Below, in pieces: positions 21,292-33,259 of a stretch of DNA of 64,000 nucleotides. A program made the position numbers and the translations under genes. This DNA comes from Styela clava (lineage: Eukaryota), in contig NC_135253.1 of assembly GCF_964204865.1 (NCBI RefSeq), positions 16,492,001-16,556,000 on the forward strand. Direction: 5' to 3'. The notes beneath the pieces were generated by a model. That model made no database searches. It was not told the origin of the DNA and worked only from the letters and a program-made list of their open reading frames with translations. Each line of letters opens with the position of its first letter. Position 1 is the stretch's first letter.

Positions 21292-22824
21292 ATGGCCGAC
21301 GACATTGATGTGGAAGCTATGCTTGAAGCACCGTTCCGAAAAGATGGAGAGAATGGTGATGCTGTAGATCGTGACAGGAAAAAAAAAGAATCCAGTAGGA
21401 AGAGGGATCGGGATCGTAAACATGAAAGAAGCAGGTCGCACAAACGTAGCAGATCAAGGAAAAGAAGTCGAGATCGAAAACACAGATCTAGATCAAGAGA
21501 CAGGAGTAGGGAAAGGAGAGAACGTAGGCGTTCGAGAGAAAGAAGAAGTCGTTCACAGGAGAAGCGGCGACGTTCTCGCTCACGTGAACGTAAGCGTTCC
21601 AGGAGCCCGAAAAGAGAGCCAGTCCTTCCACCATCTCTGATAGAAACTATTGACACTCCTAAGGAAAGATCACCGAGTCCTGGGGATCGAGATGCTCGAA
21701 CTGTATTTTGTATGCAGTTGTCTCAAAGAATACGTCCAAGAGACTTGGAAGAATTCTTCTCATCTGTTGGTGTTGTTCGGGATGTGAAGTTGATAGCAGA
21801 TAAACATTCAAAACGGTCAAAAGGTATTGCTTATGTGGAGTTCAAGGACCATGAGTCTATACCGTTGGCACTGGGACTCAGTGGGCAGAAAGTTCTGGGA
21901 GTACCTATAATTGTTCAACCTTCACAGTCTGAGAAGAACAAAGTCGTTCAGGCTACAACTCAGGCCACTGTACAGAAGGGGAATGTTGGTCCTATGAAAT
22001 TGTATGTAGGGTCACTTCATCAGAATATCACAGAAGACATGTTGAAAGGCATTTTCTCGCCATTTGGCAAGATCGATCAAGTTCAACTTGTGAAAGACCC
22101 AGACACTGGCATATCTAGAGGTTATGGCTTTATAACTTTTATGGAAGCAGATTGTGCCAAACGGGCTCTTGAGCAATTAAATGGATTCGAAATTGCTGGC
22201 AAACCAATGAAGGTGGCGAACGTGACAGATAAAGCTGATCAACAAGCCGCAATGGCACTTGCAGCTGGGCAGGGTGGACCTTCATTTCTGGACAATGATG
22301 CTATTGAACGTACTGGCATAGATCTTGGAACAACTGGGAGATTACAACTAATGGCCAAACTTGCAGAAGGGACAGGTTTGCATGTACCCTCCATTACCCA
22401 GCAGGCACTTTCAATGGGTCAAGCTATGGGACTCGGCTTGCGGGGATCCGTAAATGTTGGCACTGATGGGGTGGATGCAGCTCCTGCTGCACCTCCAATT
22501 GCAACTACTTGTTTTCAGCTGTCCAATATGTTTGATCCAAAGACTGAAACTGACCCTGATTGGGATTCAGAAATTCGCTCTGATGTTATTGAAGAATGTG
22601 GCAAGCATGGCAATGTTTTGCATGTGTATGTTGATAAAAATTCTGACGGAAATGTATATGTTAAGTGTGGAACACTGGATTCCGCTGCAAAATCCGTTGC
22701 AGCGTTGCATGGAAGATATTTTGCAGGAAAGATGATCACTGCCGCCTATGTCCCCCTGGTTAATTACCATGCTCTTTTTCCAGATTCTGCAACTACAAAC
22801 ACTTCACTTGTACCGAAGACTTGA
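21292..22824 (+). CDS. RBM39: RNA-binding protein 39 (CAPER-alpha/RBM39-RBM23 family), intronless CDS
   Basis: 510-aa ORF starting MADDIDVEAMLEAPF, with RS domain, RRM1 (RDARTVFCMQL...KGIAYVEF), RRM2 (LYVGSLH), linker (ERTGIDLGTTGRLQLMAKLAEG) and UHM/RRM3 (IATTCFQLSNMFDP). Confidence 0.97.
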   Translation: MADDIDVEAMLEAPFRKDGENGDAVDRDRKKKESSRKRDRDRKHERSRSHKRSRSRKRSRDRKHRSRSRDRSRERRERRRSRERRSRSQEKRRRSRSRERKRSRSPKREPVLPPSLIETIDTPKERSPSPGDRDARTVFCMQLSQRIRPRDLEEFFSSVGVVRDVKLIADKHSKRSKGIAYVEFKDHESIPLALGLSGQKVLGVPIIVQPSQSEKNKVVQATTQATVQKGNVGPMKLYVGSLHQNITEDMLKGIFSPFGKIDQVQLVKDPDTGISRGYGFITFMEADCAKRALEQLNGFEIAGKPMKVANVTDKADQQAAMALAAGQGGPSFLDNDAIERTGIDLGTTGRLQLMAKLAEGTGLHVPSITQQALSMGQAMGLGLRGSVNVGTDGVDAAPAAPPIATTCFQLSNMFDPKTETDPDWDSEIRSDVIEECGKHGNVLHVYVDKNSDGNVYVKCGTLDSAAKSVAALHGRYFAGKMITAAYVPLVNYHALFPDSATTNTSLVPKT

Positions 22825-23271
22825 AGACGTTGATGCTGATTGTATCTACATCGTAAACTGACCAATATACTGTTAAAGATTTTAGTATTTTAGAATATTT
22901 TTTTTCTGCTTTTGCAGGATGAATTCTTTTCAATGGCAAGATTTGATGGTCATTTTGTTCTTCTTATCAAGTCTCAAAAGACTACAAAGTTTGAGGTCTG
23001 GACCAATAGTTCGGTTTGCATTGTTTAAAAAATGTATGAATTATCCTACGCTGTTGTGAAATTTGCACCCAACAAATATTTTGGATTTAGAATTTAAAAT
23101 TGAACAATGATTTATCGGGCTTAGAAAAGCATAAATTTGACACACTCTTTAAGTGGGCATATGTTTTAATTCTTGACGACTAATGTTTTTTACTTTATCC
23201 CATATCTTTAGAATGTCTTCCCACTAACGTACGGACAAACTAAATCTCATTAGGTAATTTTTGTTGTTGAC

Positions 23272-23778
23272 ATGTCTGCAAAATCCGGTGATGACACACA
23301 AGAGCAAATTGATCGTTCCTTTCTTCGTGAAAGATATCTTAAATCACTTCTATTCATGACAGGTACTGTTGTCAGATAAAATTGGGAAAGTTTCAAAAAT
23401 ATGCATTCAATTTTCATGGTAAATATACTGAAAAGTAATCCTAAGCTAAGGCTGGATAATATAAGCACATTTTTAAACCTTTATTTCCACCAATGTTTTG
23501 GCCCTGGTGAACGTTTTGTTATGGAGATTGCTAATTTGATGTTTATTTAATTTTTTCTGATTTTTTTACTCATTAATTGTGCTTGTACATATTTTGCCAT
23601 AGATAAAAAAGTAACGTTCCAGCTTTCCCAGAGTACGAACGTGGAAGGAGTTTTCAAAGCGTGTGACTACAGTTTGCTGCAATTTCACATTGAACAGTTG
23701 AGAACTCCAAGTGGAGTCCATCCCAATGCTCTTTTGAGAACATCTGATGTTTTATCTTGTTCTGTTGTATTGCAATAG
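23272..23778 (+). CDS. GEMIN7: Gem-associated protein 7 (SMN complex, Sm-like fold), 88 aa, two exons
   Basis: Exon 23272-23362 MSAKSGDDTQEQIDRSFLRERYLKSLLFMT plus exon 23603-23778 DKKVTFQLSQSTNVEGVFKACDYSLLQFHIEQLRTPSGVHPNALLRTSDVLSCSVVLQ*, joined by a phase-1 GT-AG intron. Matches Gemin7 hallmarks LRERYLxSL and L-x-TP-x-GV-xxx-ALLR-x-SD. Absent from the ORF track. Confidence 0.93.
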
Positions 23779-24889
23779 GCGGTTGCAAATTATAAAAGTA
23801 TTTTTTGGGAATTTTAAACTGGCTATATGGAGTGATATTTTTGAACCTGTATGAGCATTGACAGTTTGACAATATGTGGCTTATTTTGTGTAATTCTGTG
23901 ACTAATGATAAATATTTTGGGAAGCTGGCCAGGTATTGTGCCAGGCCATGGTTTTAGATGCACATTGTGCTGCTTGGATGTATATATAGATTATTAAGTT
24001 TCAGTTTTTGTCTTGGGACCAACTTATTTTATTTTTAACAGTACGAGTTAGTTGGAATTTGGCCATGCTTGTCTGCGTTGGTGGTGTGGACACTATCAAT
24101 TTCTAACGCTAAAAGATGAATTAAGCCACCAGAAGGTCATTATTTTCATGTTGATCCATATTCCCACTCTGGCACCCGATATTTTTTTCCCCAAATTTTG
24201 GTTAAGTCCTGGGAAACCTTTTATGTCACACTTTAACGCGCCACACTTGTAAAAACAGTTATCAAACGAGCTTGCTTGAATTGTTGCGATTGTAGAAGGA
24301 ATAGGAGAGTAGAAGTAGACTACTTCAATGCGATTTGACGTGGAATCGCTGGGCCTTGTGACTTAATTTACGATTTTAGTTTGAAGCTTTTAAATGATTA
24401 GAAGCGGATTTCAGTGCGACTGCGGTTAGTCGTTGCACTTTCGTGTGCATGGGCGCTGCGCTCGTCCATCGTAGTCATTTGCGGAAGAGCGCAACAACAA
24501 ACTTATACCTCTAAGAGTCCTCAGTTTGTATTTTTAACTAAATTGAATTATTTCTTCCTCCTGGTAGTTAAAACGGATACTCGACGGCGCTTAAATCGAG
24601 TCGCGCATCGAATAATCTCCAGTATCCATAATCTGGCGATATAATGTAGTTAAGTGAGCGCTTCAGAAGTGTGTACTGTACCAATATGGATATAACCAAT
24701 GACATTAAACAACATGATAGGCAACTCTGACGTCACTCCATAAGACTACAGGCAAAACATTGTATTTCATGATACGCTCCAATGCACATATTTCTCGTCG
24801 CCTTTCGCGTCCGTTTTCCGCTCGCTCTTGCTACTCGGCGCCTTTTTTACGTATAGTACCTGCCTTTTTGCGCCTGTAACGAAACAAAA

Positions 24890-25451
24890 TAATCTCTATA
24901 TCTAAGAAGTTTTGCTTACTTGGAAAGCTGGAATAACAGGCAAGCTGTAAAGAGCAATTCTGGACATCATAGACGTTTTTTTTTATCAGAGAAGATTACA
25001 AACGCGATAGTGGAAAGATTTGTGTGGAACATTTTGCAGATAATGACAAAGTTCAAAGTTAGTAATTTTAATGTTTGCGCTTAATCATTGAAATTTCATT
25101 TAAAGAGGGTGTCATACAAAACTGTGCTGCGATACAATTCCATAACACAAAGTTTGCACCTATCGAACTTGCTTTTGTAGGTGAATTTATTAGACATATT
25201 ACATATTCAGTTAATCGTAGGTAACATTGCTGGTACATAATGCATCGTAGATAGGTTTGTTTAAATTTAGGAATTTAGCTCATAGCCCACTAATTAATAT
25301 TATCTTCTATGCAGGAGGTTGCAGGGCTGAATTCAACTTGCAGCCTTACCGATCACCTGACGATGTTCATTTAGTTTGGCTCGAGCAAGTCTTCTTGAAA
25401 TGCTTGTGTGGATGGAAACTACCTATATTTTTTGCCTTCCTCCGATTTTAG
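24890..25451 (+). pseudogene. Degenerate P-element/THAP9-like transposase fragments
   Basis: KICVEHF (THAP-like CxxHF) near 25020 and LQPYRSPDDVHLVWLEQVFLKCLCGWK near 25340-25420, resembling remembered P-like transposase motif PYxSxDDxRxxWLxxxFL. Confidence 0.5.
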
Positions 25452-25986
25452 ACAAATTTATTCTGAGGGATTTCGCATATAATTCTCACTGATTGTTGGC
25501 TGTTTATAATTCCTATTGATTGTGAATTCTGATTATAACAATGAGTTGAAAAATTTTTTACCTAATTTACTGGCACCTTTTACTTGTCAATACTCCAAGC
25601 TGAGGTAATAAACATGACAATACATTTATGTCATCTGGAAGCAAAATATGCACACTAATTAATAGTTTGGCACATTGAGATAATACATCATGACAGAAAA
25701 TACAAGTTAAAGATATGTATGACCATCACATGGTAATTAAAATTAAAAAAAATTAATAGGGGCTGTGGAGTATGGAAAGTTCAAGACAAAGAAAAGAACA
25801 AATGTTCATAGCTCATGAACTCTCAATTTTGCCTCCATTGCTTTGTGAAGGCCAGTATATTTCGAGTGGCTGAATTAGTTTACCTTTATGATAGCAACGA
25901 TTTTGTATTTAATATAGCGAGATTATTTCAATTTAATTGAAGTGATATAATTTCCCAAAGCAATGCTTGAATCGTCTAGAATAGAT

Positions 25987-27178
25987 CAGTGGTGTCAAAC
26001 TCATGGGTTTTCGAGAGCCGCATTGCATTTTGAAAATTGTAAAAAGAGCCGCAAACAGTTTTTGATAATGTATACTTAAAAGATATTTTTAAGATAGTTT
26101 TAGTTTGTGACATATATTGTGATGCAACTAAACAGTTGGATTAAGTTTTATTATTTTCTTCAATTTCAAATGCGATTACATATTAATATTTGCATTCCAC
26201 TATTATTGCAACATTTGCAAGTTACAGTATTTATTATAAAAAATCGTAAAATTCTATGTACAACCATCAAAATCATTTTTGAACAAGCTTTGAATAAGGA
26301 AAGAATAATACATACACTAAAAATAACTTAATCTAAATATATGAACCTAAAATTAACAAAAATACTACAGTATAAACTCAATGTTTTAATAATTACATTT
26401 GTCCTGGCGTTTGGCATCTTTTTTGTGTCACCAGCATACTAAGGCCAGTCTGAAATGATTTTATAGTACCAACTCTAACTAACGAGGCCACATGATCATG
26501 GGTTTATCTGGATCTTTACGAATGTTTAATTAATTCCAGTAATGCAAAAAAGTTACTTTTATCATTTCATGTATAGATCAGTAAAAAAACAAATGACAGA
26601 TTTTTTCGACAAGACATTTCGCACTACATTGCGTGGCATAGGATTGCTTGAATTATTATTGATATTGATTTTTAGTAACCAAGTCGTTGTATAATTAGAT
26701 TAATATACAAACACATGGAAATTTTCTGTTCGAAGTTGGTCTTCGAATTTGTCATATTGACTGCTGAGCTTATTGTGTTTTTTGATTGTATCGATGGAAA
26801 TATGACAAATTAAACAATGTGCTTCAGAATTTTGTAAAGAGCAGAAATGTTACAACTCCCATTTTTTTCGAAAATGCCACCTTCTTCATGTACTTTGCGT
26901 TTAATTTAATTACTCAAGTGTTTTATTCAAGTATTCTTTTGCTAGCTTGATGTGTATTCTTAATTGGGTCAAAATGTGGACAAAAAAAATCAATATTCCA
27001 AAACTACTTTCAGTAAATTGTTTTCTGTGTGAATAATCAATTTCACTTTAGAAGGTTTGAAAAATCTATTACATTTAGATAAAAAAAAAAAAAAACTTCC
27101 AAAATACTATTACAATTATTGTTAAACGTTCGAGGGCCGCACTGGAAGTTCTCTGGGGCCGCGAGTTTGAGATCCCTG
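25987..27178 (-). mobile_element. Internally deleted hAT (Charlie/SPIN/Buster-like) transposon with decayed transposase ends
   Basis: TIRs CAGTGGTGTCAAACTC / GAGTTTGAGATCCCTG, imperfect 8-bp TSD (GAATAGAT/GTCTAGAT). Minus-strand remnants KRKVHEEGGIF...AHCLICH (~26900-26780) and HVASLVRV...KRCQ (~26510-26400), with stops. Confidence 0.82.
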
Positions 27179-28491
27179 GTCTAGATTGAAGTTGTTCAAA
27201 AAATATATGATAGTATTTTATCATGAATGATGATTATACCCCTTCCGGAATTTCTTCTATAGTACTACCAAAAGTTGATGAACCAAATATAACACAGGTG
27301 CAGTGAGGTACCCTAATCCTCATTTCCAAAGCTGTTTTAAGTATGTCTGGCGTGTTTTGTGCCTTTTTACAAATAAGACCGCTTATGCAATCTTACGCTT
27401 TGGAATTTTTAGTTATGGGCCATACACAACTCTACCGGAGGGTCAAATGTCTTTGCATGCCTCCATAGGTTGTTTTTCTATTGCAATTTTCTATTTTCAA
27501 ATGCATTATATTTCTTGGAATCACACTGTCACTGATATGTCGCCAGACTTCTGATATCTCCCCGTCTGCTATAGTTGTCCTGTGAATAAATAATAGGAAA
27601 TTGAGATTAGACGAATAGTTGAAAGTTTTGCTTTATGTCGGCTTAATTTCTTGATTGATATACTTACTATTTCTGCTATTGCCTCTTGTGCTGCAAGAGT
27701 CTCACAATGCTTAGACAGGTTTGTCCACAACTTTCACATCTGAAGAAAGAGAGGAGATTTATTAATTTTCGTTAAGAATAAATAAAGCAGTCTATATGAT
27801 TCAGAATGGAAAAGATAATAAATCCAATATCTCATGTTTTATTTAAAAAATATTTTACTGAATTTGGTATATAAACCAACTAATAAAAGGGTTTAGTCAA
27901 AAAATTACAAGCATTCGTGGCTCCAAATACTTGAGAAATCAGACTATACAATATAGACCGGTATGAGTGAAATGTTAGGTGAACTTGTTAACACTTTGAT
28001 TCAATACGCAAATAAAAGTGAATGCGTAATAGTATGTTACAATGAGCAGCAATCAACAATGAGTATATATCCTCACTGATTAAAAAAATCTAACTGGAGG
28101 TGCATGAACTATTTGAAACCATAAGGGGTAAGTAAATATGTAATTTCGGCAAATGGGCAACTACGTACCGTACTGAATTAATAACTTCGTAGTATTTGAC
28201 AAAGGCTGGCTTTCCCACATGTACTTAACAGTGCGATGCCCGGGTGTGATATACAACAATAGTATTCACCTTACCTTTTACCGATTTCTTTTTACCCCAA
28301 CTTTCAAAAATATCATTAAAATCGACAACAACTGTCAAAGCAGGCACGAACACCATTCGTGCTACGCCTTGAAAGCAGCACACATCCGCTCGTTTTCGTC
28401 TCGTCAAGTATGTGCATTGGAGCGTGCTATCGAATACGATCTTCGGACAAAAATGCCGGAGTTGCGCATCATGTTGTTTAATGTCATTGAT

Positions 28492-28662
28492 ATAACTAAC
28501 TTTGTTTGCCTACTTCACATCAAGTTGTGTACAGGGACTGAAACATGCGGACAGGGGGTATATTGTCTCGCCTAACACAGACAGTATCCGAACTCGTAAT
28601 AGAACTAATTGAAAGAAAATCGGAATAAAATGATGGCCTATCCTACACACCGCGGGAGTATC
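28492..28662. mobile_element. MITE family A partial copy
   Basis: Close similarity to 5417-5588 (AACTAA...GCCTACTT.ACAT.AAGTTGTGT...CCGAACTCGTAAT...GGGAGTA). Confidence 0.7.
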
Positions 28663-28792
28663 GTTATGTATTCCTAACCCCAACGTCTGAACGTCAGCCG
28701 ATAGCCGGGCGAGAGATTGTATGTTTCTATAATATCAATCCGTCTCATCAAATTTCTGGTCTATGAATATCCGATGATGTCATAGACCTGAG

Positions 28793-29494
28793 TAGGGTTG
28801 CCAACTATGAAAAGTCACAATAAAGGACATAGATTACCGTCATCATTTATTTTGTAACTTGCAGGAAAATCTTCATGTGTTTTTCATTTAATGTTTATTT
28901 AACATTGACCCAATCAAGCGGCATTCTGTGAACAGTTTAGTGCTTTGAATCGTGCCAATTTTTTTTGAATGAGTGCAACTTCATCAAATAGGTCAAACAT
29001 ATTCAAATTAGGTTTGTCTTTTAGCTTCAAATGCTCTACAATTTTTACAAGTGTCTGATATTTTGGAGATGTTGAATTTTCATTAAAGTCAAATCATTTT
29101 TCCAAATACGTTATCGCAGAGTTGTGAAATAATCTAAAATCGTAGAGACCAATTATACGTAGAATTTTAAGTTATTGAACTAGAATTCACTCAAATCTTG
29201 GAGTGTTGCCACTTGCCATCTTCGGAAAATTAATGTAGGCTAAAATATTTGAAATTGTTAATAAAATTGATATTTCTTTGGCTATTTGAGCCGTACCAAA
29301 GCGAAATAATTAAAAGCTTGCAAATACATAAACGGAGGTGATTTAAGAACGAAACGATATCAATTACAGTACTATAACTATCGGGCAAAACGACGTTGAA
29401 AAAAATAAAGGACAATTATCATCTTAAAAAGGACAAGGACAAAAATCTCAAATAAAGGATTTTCCTTTGAAATAAAGGACGGTTGGCAACCCTA
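28793..29494. mobile_element. Non-autonomous hAT (Tip100-type termini)
   Basis: TIR TAGGGTTGCCAAC / GTTGGCAACCCTA, exact 8-bp TSD GACCTGAG, subterminal AAAGGAC repeats. Confidence 0.9.
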
Positions 29495-30090
29495 GACCTG
29501 AGTCACCTGACCACGAATCCGCATACAGCAGATATAAGCAAAAAATACATGATGGGATTTCTATTGAAAAAAAACAAAAGTCAGAGTAAAAATTCTTCAA
29601 ATGTTCTGTTAAAGTTAAATAACGAATGCAAACAGAGCAACAGTGAAGGAAATAAAACCCAAAACTAGGCAAATGTGGTAAAAAGGGTTGGGAACCACTG
29701 AATTACGAAAAAAACTATTTTCCTCACCAAAAAATCGCCTAACAACAACAAAACTGACAATAACAACATTGATTTAGCAAAACAATTAGTTTATTTGTTT
29801 TATTGTTTTTTTCATACCGAATCAATTACAGCAAAAAAATATCTAGGTCTTTCTTGATTTAGCAAAACAATTTGATGACGAAGGAAGGTCAAGCGTCGGG
29901 ATGCACTGATGCGTGGCAACATATGTGCTGTCGTGGTCTTGTCAACAGTCAACTAGGTGCTTCCCCAACCAGGTTCGACGCCATCAATTTGGTTCTATAC
30001 AAAGTGACTATTCATTTTGGTTCTACATAACGTAGCATAGATAGCTGTAAAAATTTCTCTTTGGTACACTAGTAGTGTGAAAAAGAGCAC

Positions 30091-31402
30091 ATGAAGATCA
30101 CGATTTTCACGTTCGTAGTCGCGACGTTTGTTGTCGCTGGGACGCTGGCAGACGAATTTCAATTTGACCCCGATTCTGATGAGAGCAAAGTGTGAGTATA
30201 TTTTCTGGTTTACTTTTCTGCTAAACCCCGGAAAAATATCATTAAGGTTGGCCCACGATAAAAAGTATCACTAGCAATGGTTTTTCTTTGTATAATTATA
30301 TAGTATAAGTTTATTTCGACTCCACAATCAGCCTAATAGAGATAAAATAATTGATAAAACAAAACTGACTGACTGAATATAGAATCGGGAATTTGATTTG
30401 GTAATTATTTGAATTATATTTTGAAAGGCATTTGCAAGAAGACCTAGCTGGACACATTGATAAGAAAGTGGAAGAAATGAATCAAGACGAATTACAATTT
30501 CACTATTTCAGACAACATGATTATGATAAAAATGAAAGATTAGGTGAGTTCGGGATCATTACATTTTATGTTCTTACCTGGAAATGGTCATAATAACATC
30601 TAAGCTAAACAGGGTTTAAATATAACGTTTCTGAATGTCAATACCAAATTCAAACATAAATATTACAACATGATACTTTCTTCTAAATTGTAAATGAGAT
30701 TAAATGTGGAAAAAATATGAATTTATTCAGCTTTGGTGCTATTTTTACTCTCCAAGTTAAGGGTGGTAGAACTATGCACGGCATGTAGGAGGCATAATAT
30801 TTATATCACAATGGCTTCTCATTGCACGTTTGTCAGAGTACATTTTTTATTGGAAAACTAAATTATTCGATTAACATATTTAGTAATAATTTGCTTCATG
30901 CTAATCATGTCAAGAATTTAGGCTCGACCATCCATGAGACATCAAAAATGTGGTCGATATAAATGAGTAAATTTAAGATCATAACTATATGTATAAATTT
31001 GGAAGATTCTGCATGTTAATTCTATGTTGGTAGTCTGTCTATTGCAATTGACGTAAGTAATTCATAAAATAATGTTTACGTAAATGCATGCTGGAACGCA
31101 TATGTAAATTTATGTTATATCTCGATTTCGTTGGCTGCATGATTCTTCTTATCCAGTGTAATTGCTTGTCACTTTTATCACTGCACTTATCACACACTAA
31201 TCCTGCAGATGGGATTGAATTAATGTCAAAATTATTACTGAGTCAAGTGGATAAACAACATGAAGGTGATGGTGGCAATAAGCTTAAAGATGAATTCATC
31301 AGCAAAAGTATTGACAGTTATCTTGATGCTGCTGACCTGAACAAAGATGGCTTTATCAATTTTGCAGAATATAAAAAGGTGTTATCGTTAAAGAAAAAAT
31401 GA
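30091..31402 (+). CDS. MCFD2: MCFD2-family secretory EF-hand protein, isoform using proximal last exon 3A
   Basis: Exon 30091-30191 (signal peptide MKITIFTFVVATFVVAGTLA), exon 30428-30543 (HLQEDLAGHIDKKVEEMNQDELQFHYFRQHDYDKNERL), exon 31209-31402 (DGIELMSKLL...IDSYLDAADLNKDGFINFAEYKKVLSLKKK*). CACTAAT branch point and CAG acceptor, phase compatible. Confidence 0.85.
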
Positions 31403-32086
31403 AGGACTTTTTAAATCTTTGCAAGGGTGTTCTGGTGGTGGTAATACCATGTGTTGTTTTTTCTTGAGAGTAATGTTATTTATTGTCTTGGTGATAACTG
31501 ATAACCTATAGTTCATATTGTTAGTGTAAGACTGAATATGATTTAGAAGCAGTGGAAGTTTTCCATAATTATTTGATACGTTGCGATTCTGAAGCTTGTT
31601 AAAATATAATTTTGTGCAATTTGACATTAGTACTTCAACTTCATTTCTTCAAGCTTTATTTTATCTTTTTGTTACGTTTTCAGTCTATACCACTGTTTGT
31701 GTAGCTTTTAATCGTCTGGGGTAATTCTTTGCACCTGTAGCTTTGTTTTACCTTGCATTCACTAATTTTGCACAATTCATCATATTTGATGCACTTGCAC
31801 GATTTTTCTGTATTGTAACTTGTGGTATAATAATACTGAGATGGTTCTTTGCTTAGAAGTAGTTTGCTAATTGAAACTTTTAGATGGTAATGAATTGATG
31901 ATGTCTATCACCCACCACCAACACTCTGGTTCTGGTGAAACGGAAAAGCGAGAACGTACATTTTCTGATGACCAATTGGACAGCATAATAGGCGAGATTC
32001 TTAAAAGGCATGACAAGGATAATGATGGCATGATGAGCTTTAAAGAGTACGTTGCACCATTAAGGGAAATGAAGAAAGGGTCATAG
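30091..32086 (+). CDS. MCFD2: MCFD2-family EF-hand protein, isoform using distal last exon 3B
   Basis: Same exons 1-2 spliced to 31884-32086 (DGNELMMSITHHQH...SDDQLDSIIGEILKRHDKDNDGMMSFKEY...KKGS*). TGCTAAT branch point and TAG acceptor, phase compatible; AATAAA at 32232. Confidence 0.87.
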
Positions 32087-33259
32087 TAACTTTATTCTTA
32101 TAATATGGTACATTACTTTGATAGTAAGAAATATATGACATTGTTGCAGAGTTACAGTTTGTGTTAAATTCCAATCATTTTGCCTGTCAAATTACCTATT
32201 TTACATGTTTTCCGTGTATGAGTTTTGTTGCAATAAACCTGAACTTTGAACGAGATTCTGTGAGTGTTATTTGCATTTCTTTGTGGACCTATGGAAAAGT
32301 ATTTTTGAAGCGATACTATTCTCAATGGTAGTAGCGTCTGGAGGTTGTACCAAGAATAAACTTTAACGGTTTAGCTGTCTATTTCTTTATCTGAAAATGA
32401 CACTGCATACATGTATTGATCATATATAAATGAAAGGCAGTAGTTGCTGTTAGGTCGTCATTGAGTGCAACTTTTTATTATGATGTCATAGTGTTTTTTC
32501 ATGCAATGTTTAGTCTACGATTCAGCACATTGATTTCATTGTTTCCAGTAATCACAAGCAGGATGTCCCATACACTGCAAAGTTTAGGTATTTTTTAAAC
32601 AAAATATTTATTTGTTAGGTTAGTTTCAAAAAAGCTCTCACTTTTTATAAATATAATCGGGTGCTTCAATGTGATTTGGAGAAGTATTTTAAATTGAAAT
32701 AGATTACATGAAAATATGAATCTGGTTATTGTTATATATACTGCTGAAGAATGCATCCATCACGATAGTGCTGCACTTTCTCAAACTTCTTGCGCCAACT
32801 TGGTTTTTAACCGGAGTTGTGATGATGTTGTTATTATTTTTTTCGTTGCTATTTTAATTTGCGTTTTTTTGCGGCCCATTACAACTTTAAAATTAACTCC
32901 AATATGCTATACATCCAATTTTGGCAAGTGTAATTGTTCGTACAAATGCTTAAGGGACCTATCTGCTTATGGGTACCGAATTAGGCCGGCATGATAGGCT
33001 ATTAGCCTGGCTTAAGGTGCTGCTAATCAAATACCTTTACTGAAACATTTAATGAGTATGCGATGTATCACAAGGCAAGGTATAAAGTAATTATTCACTC
33101 CACCATTCATGGGTGGAACAACCAAGACTTGCACTTGAAATCCATCAACTGCCGATTTCTGTTACTCGTCTACATACTATTTCAAACATTTTGAGAGACC
33201 CTCTACAAAATTAAAATTATGTTTATTATATTGAAAATTGTAAAACCATTCGTATAAAA

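Noticed and set aside
21279-21656. Antisense ORF rich in RLRS/LLSL
   Set aside because: Shadow of the RBM39 RS domain.
27303-27554. NKTAYAILR...LP resembling a P-transposase N-terminal motif
   Set aside because: Out of order relative to the 25 kb fragments and overlaps repeat-like sequence.
31391-32086. Both MCFD2 isoforms end in di-lysine motifs (LKKK, KKGS)
   Set aside because: KKxx retrieval needs a cytosolic tail; these are soluble luminal proteins.
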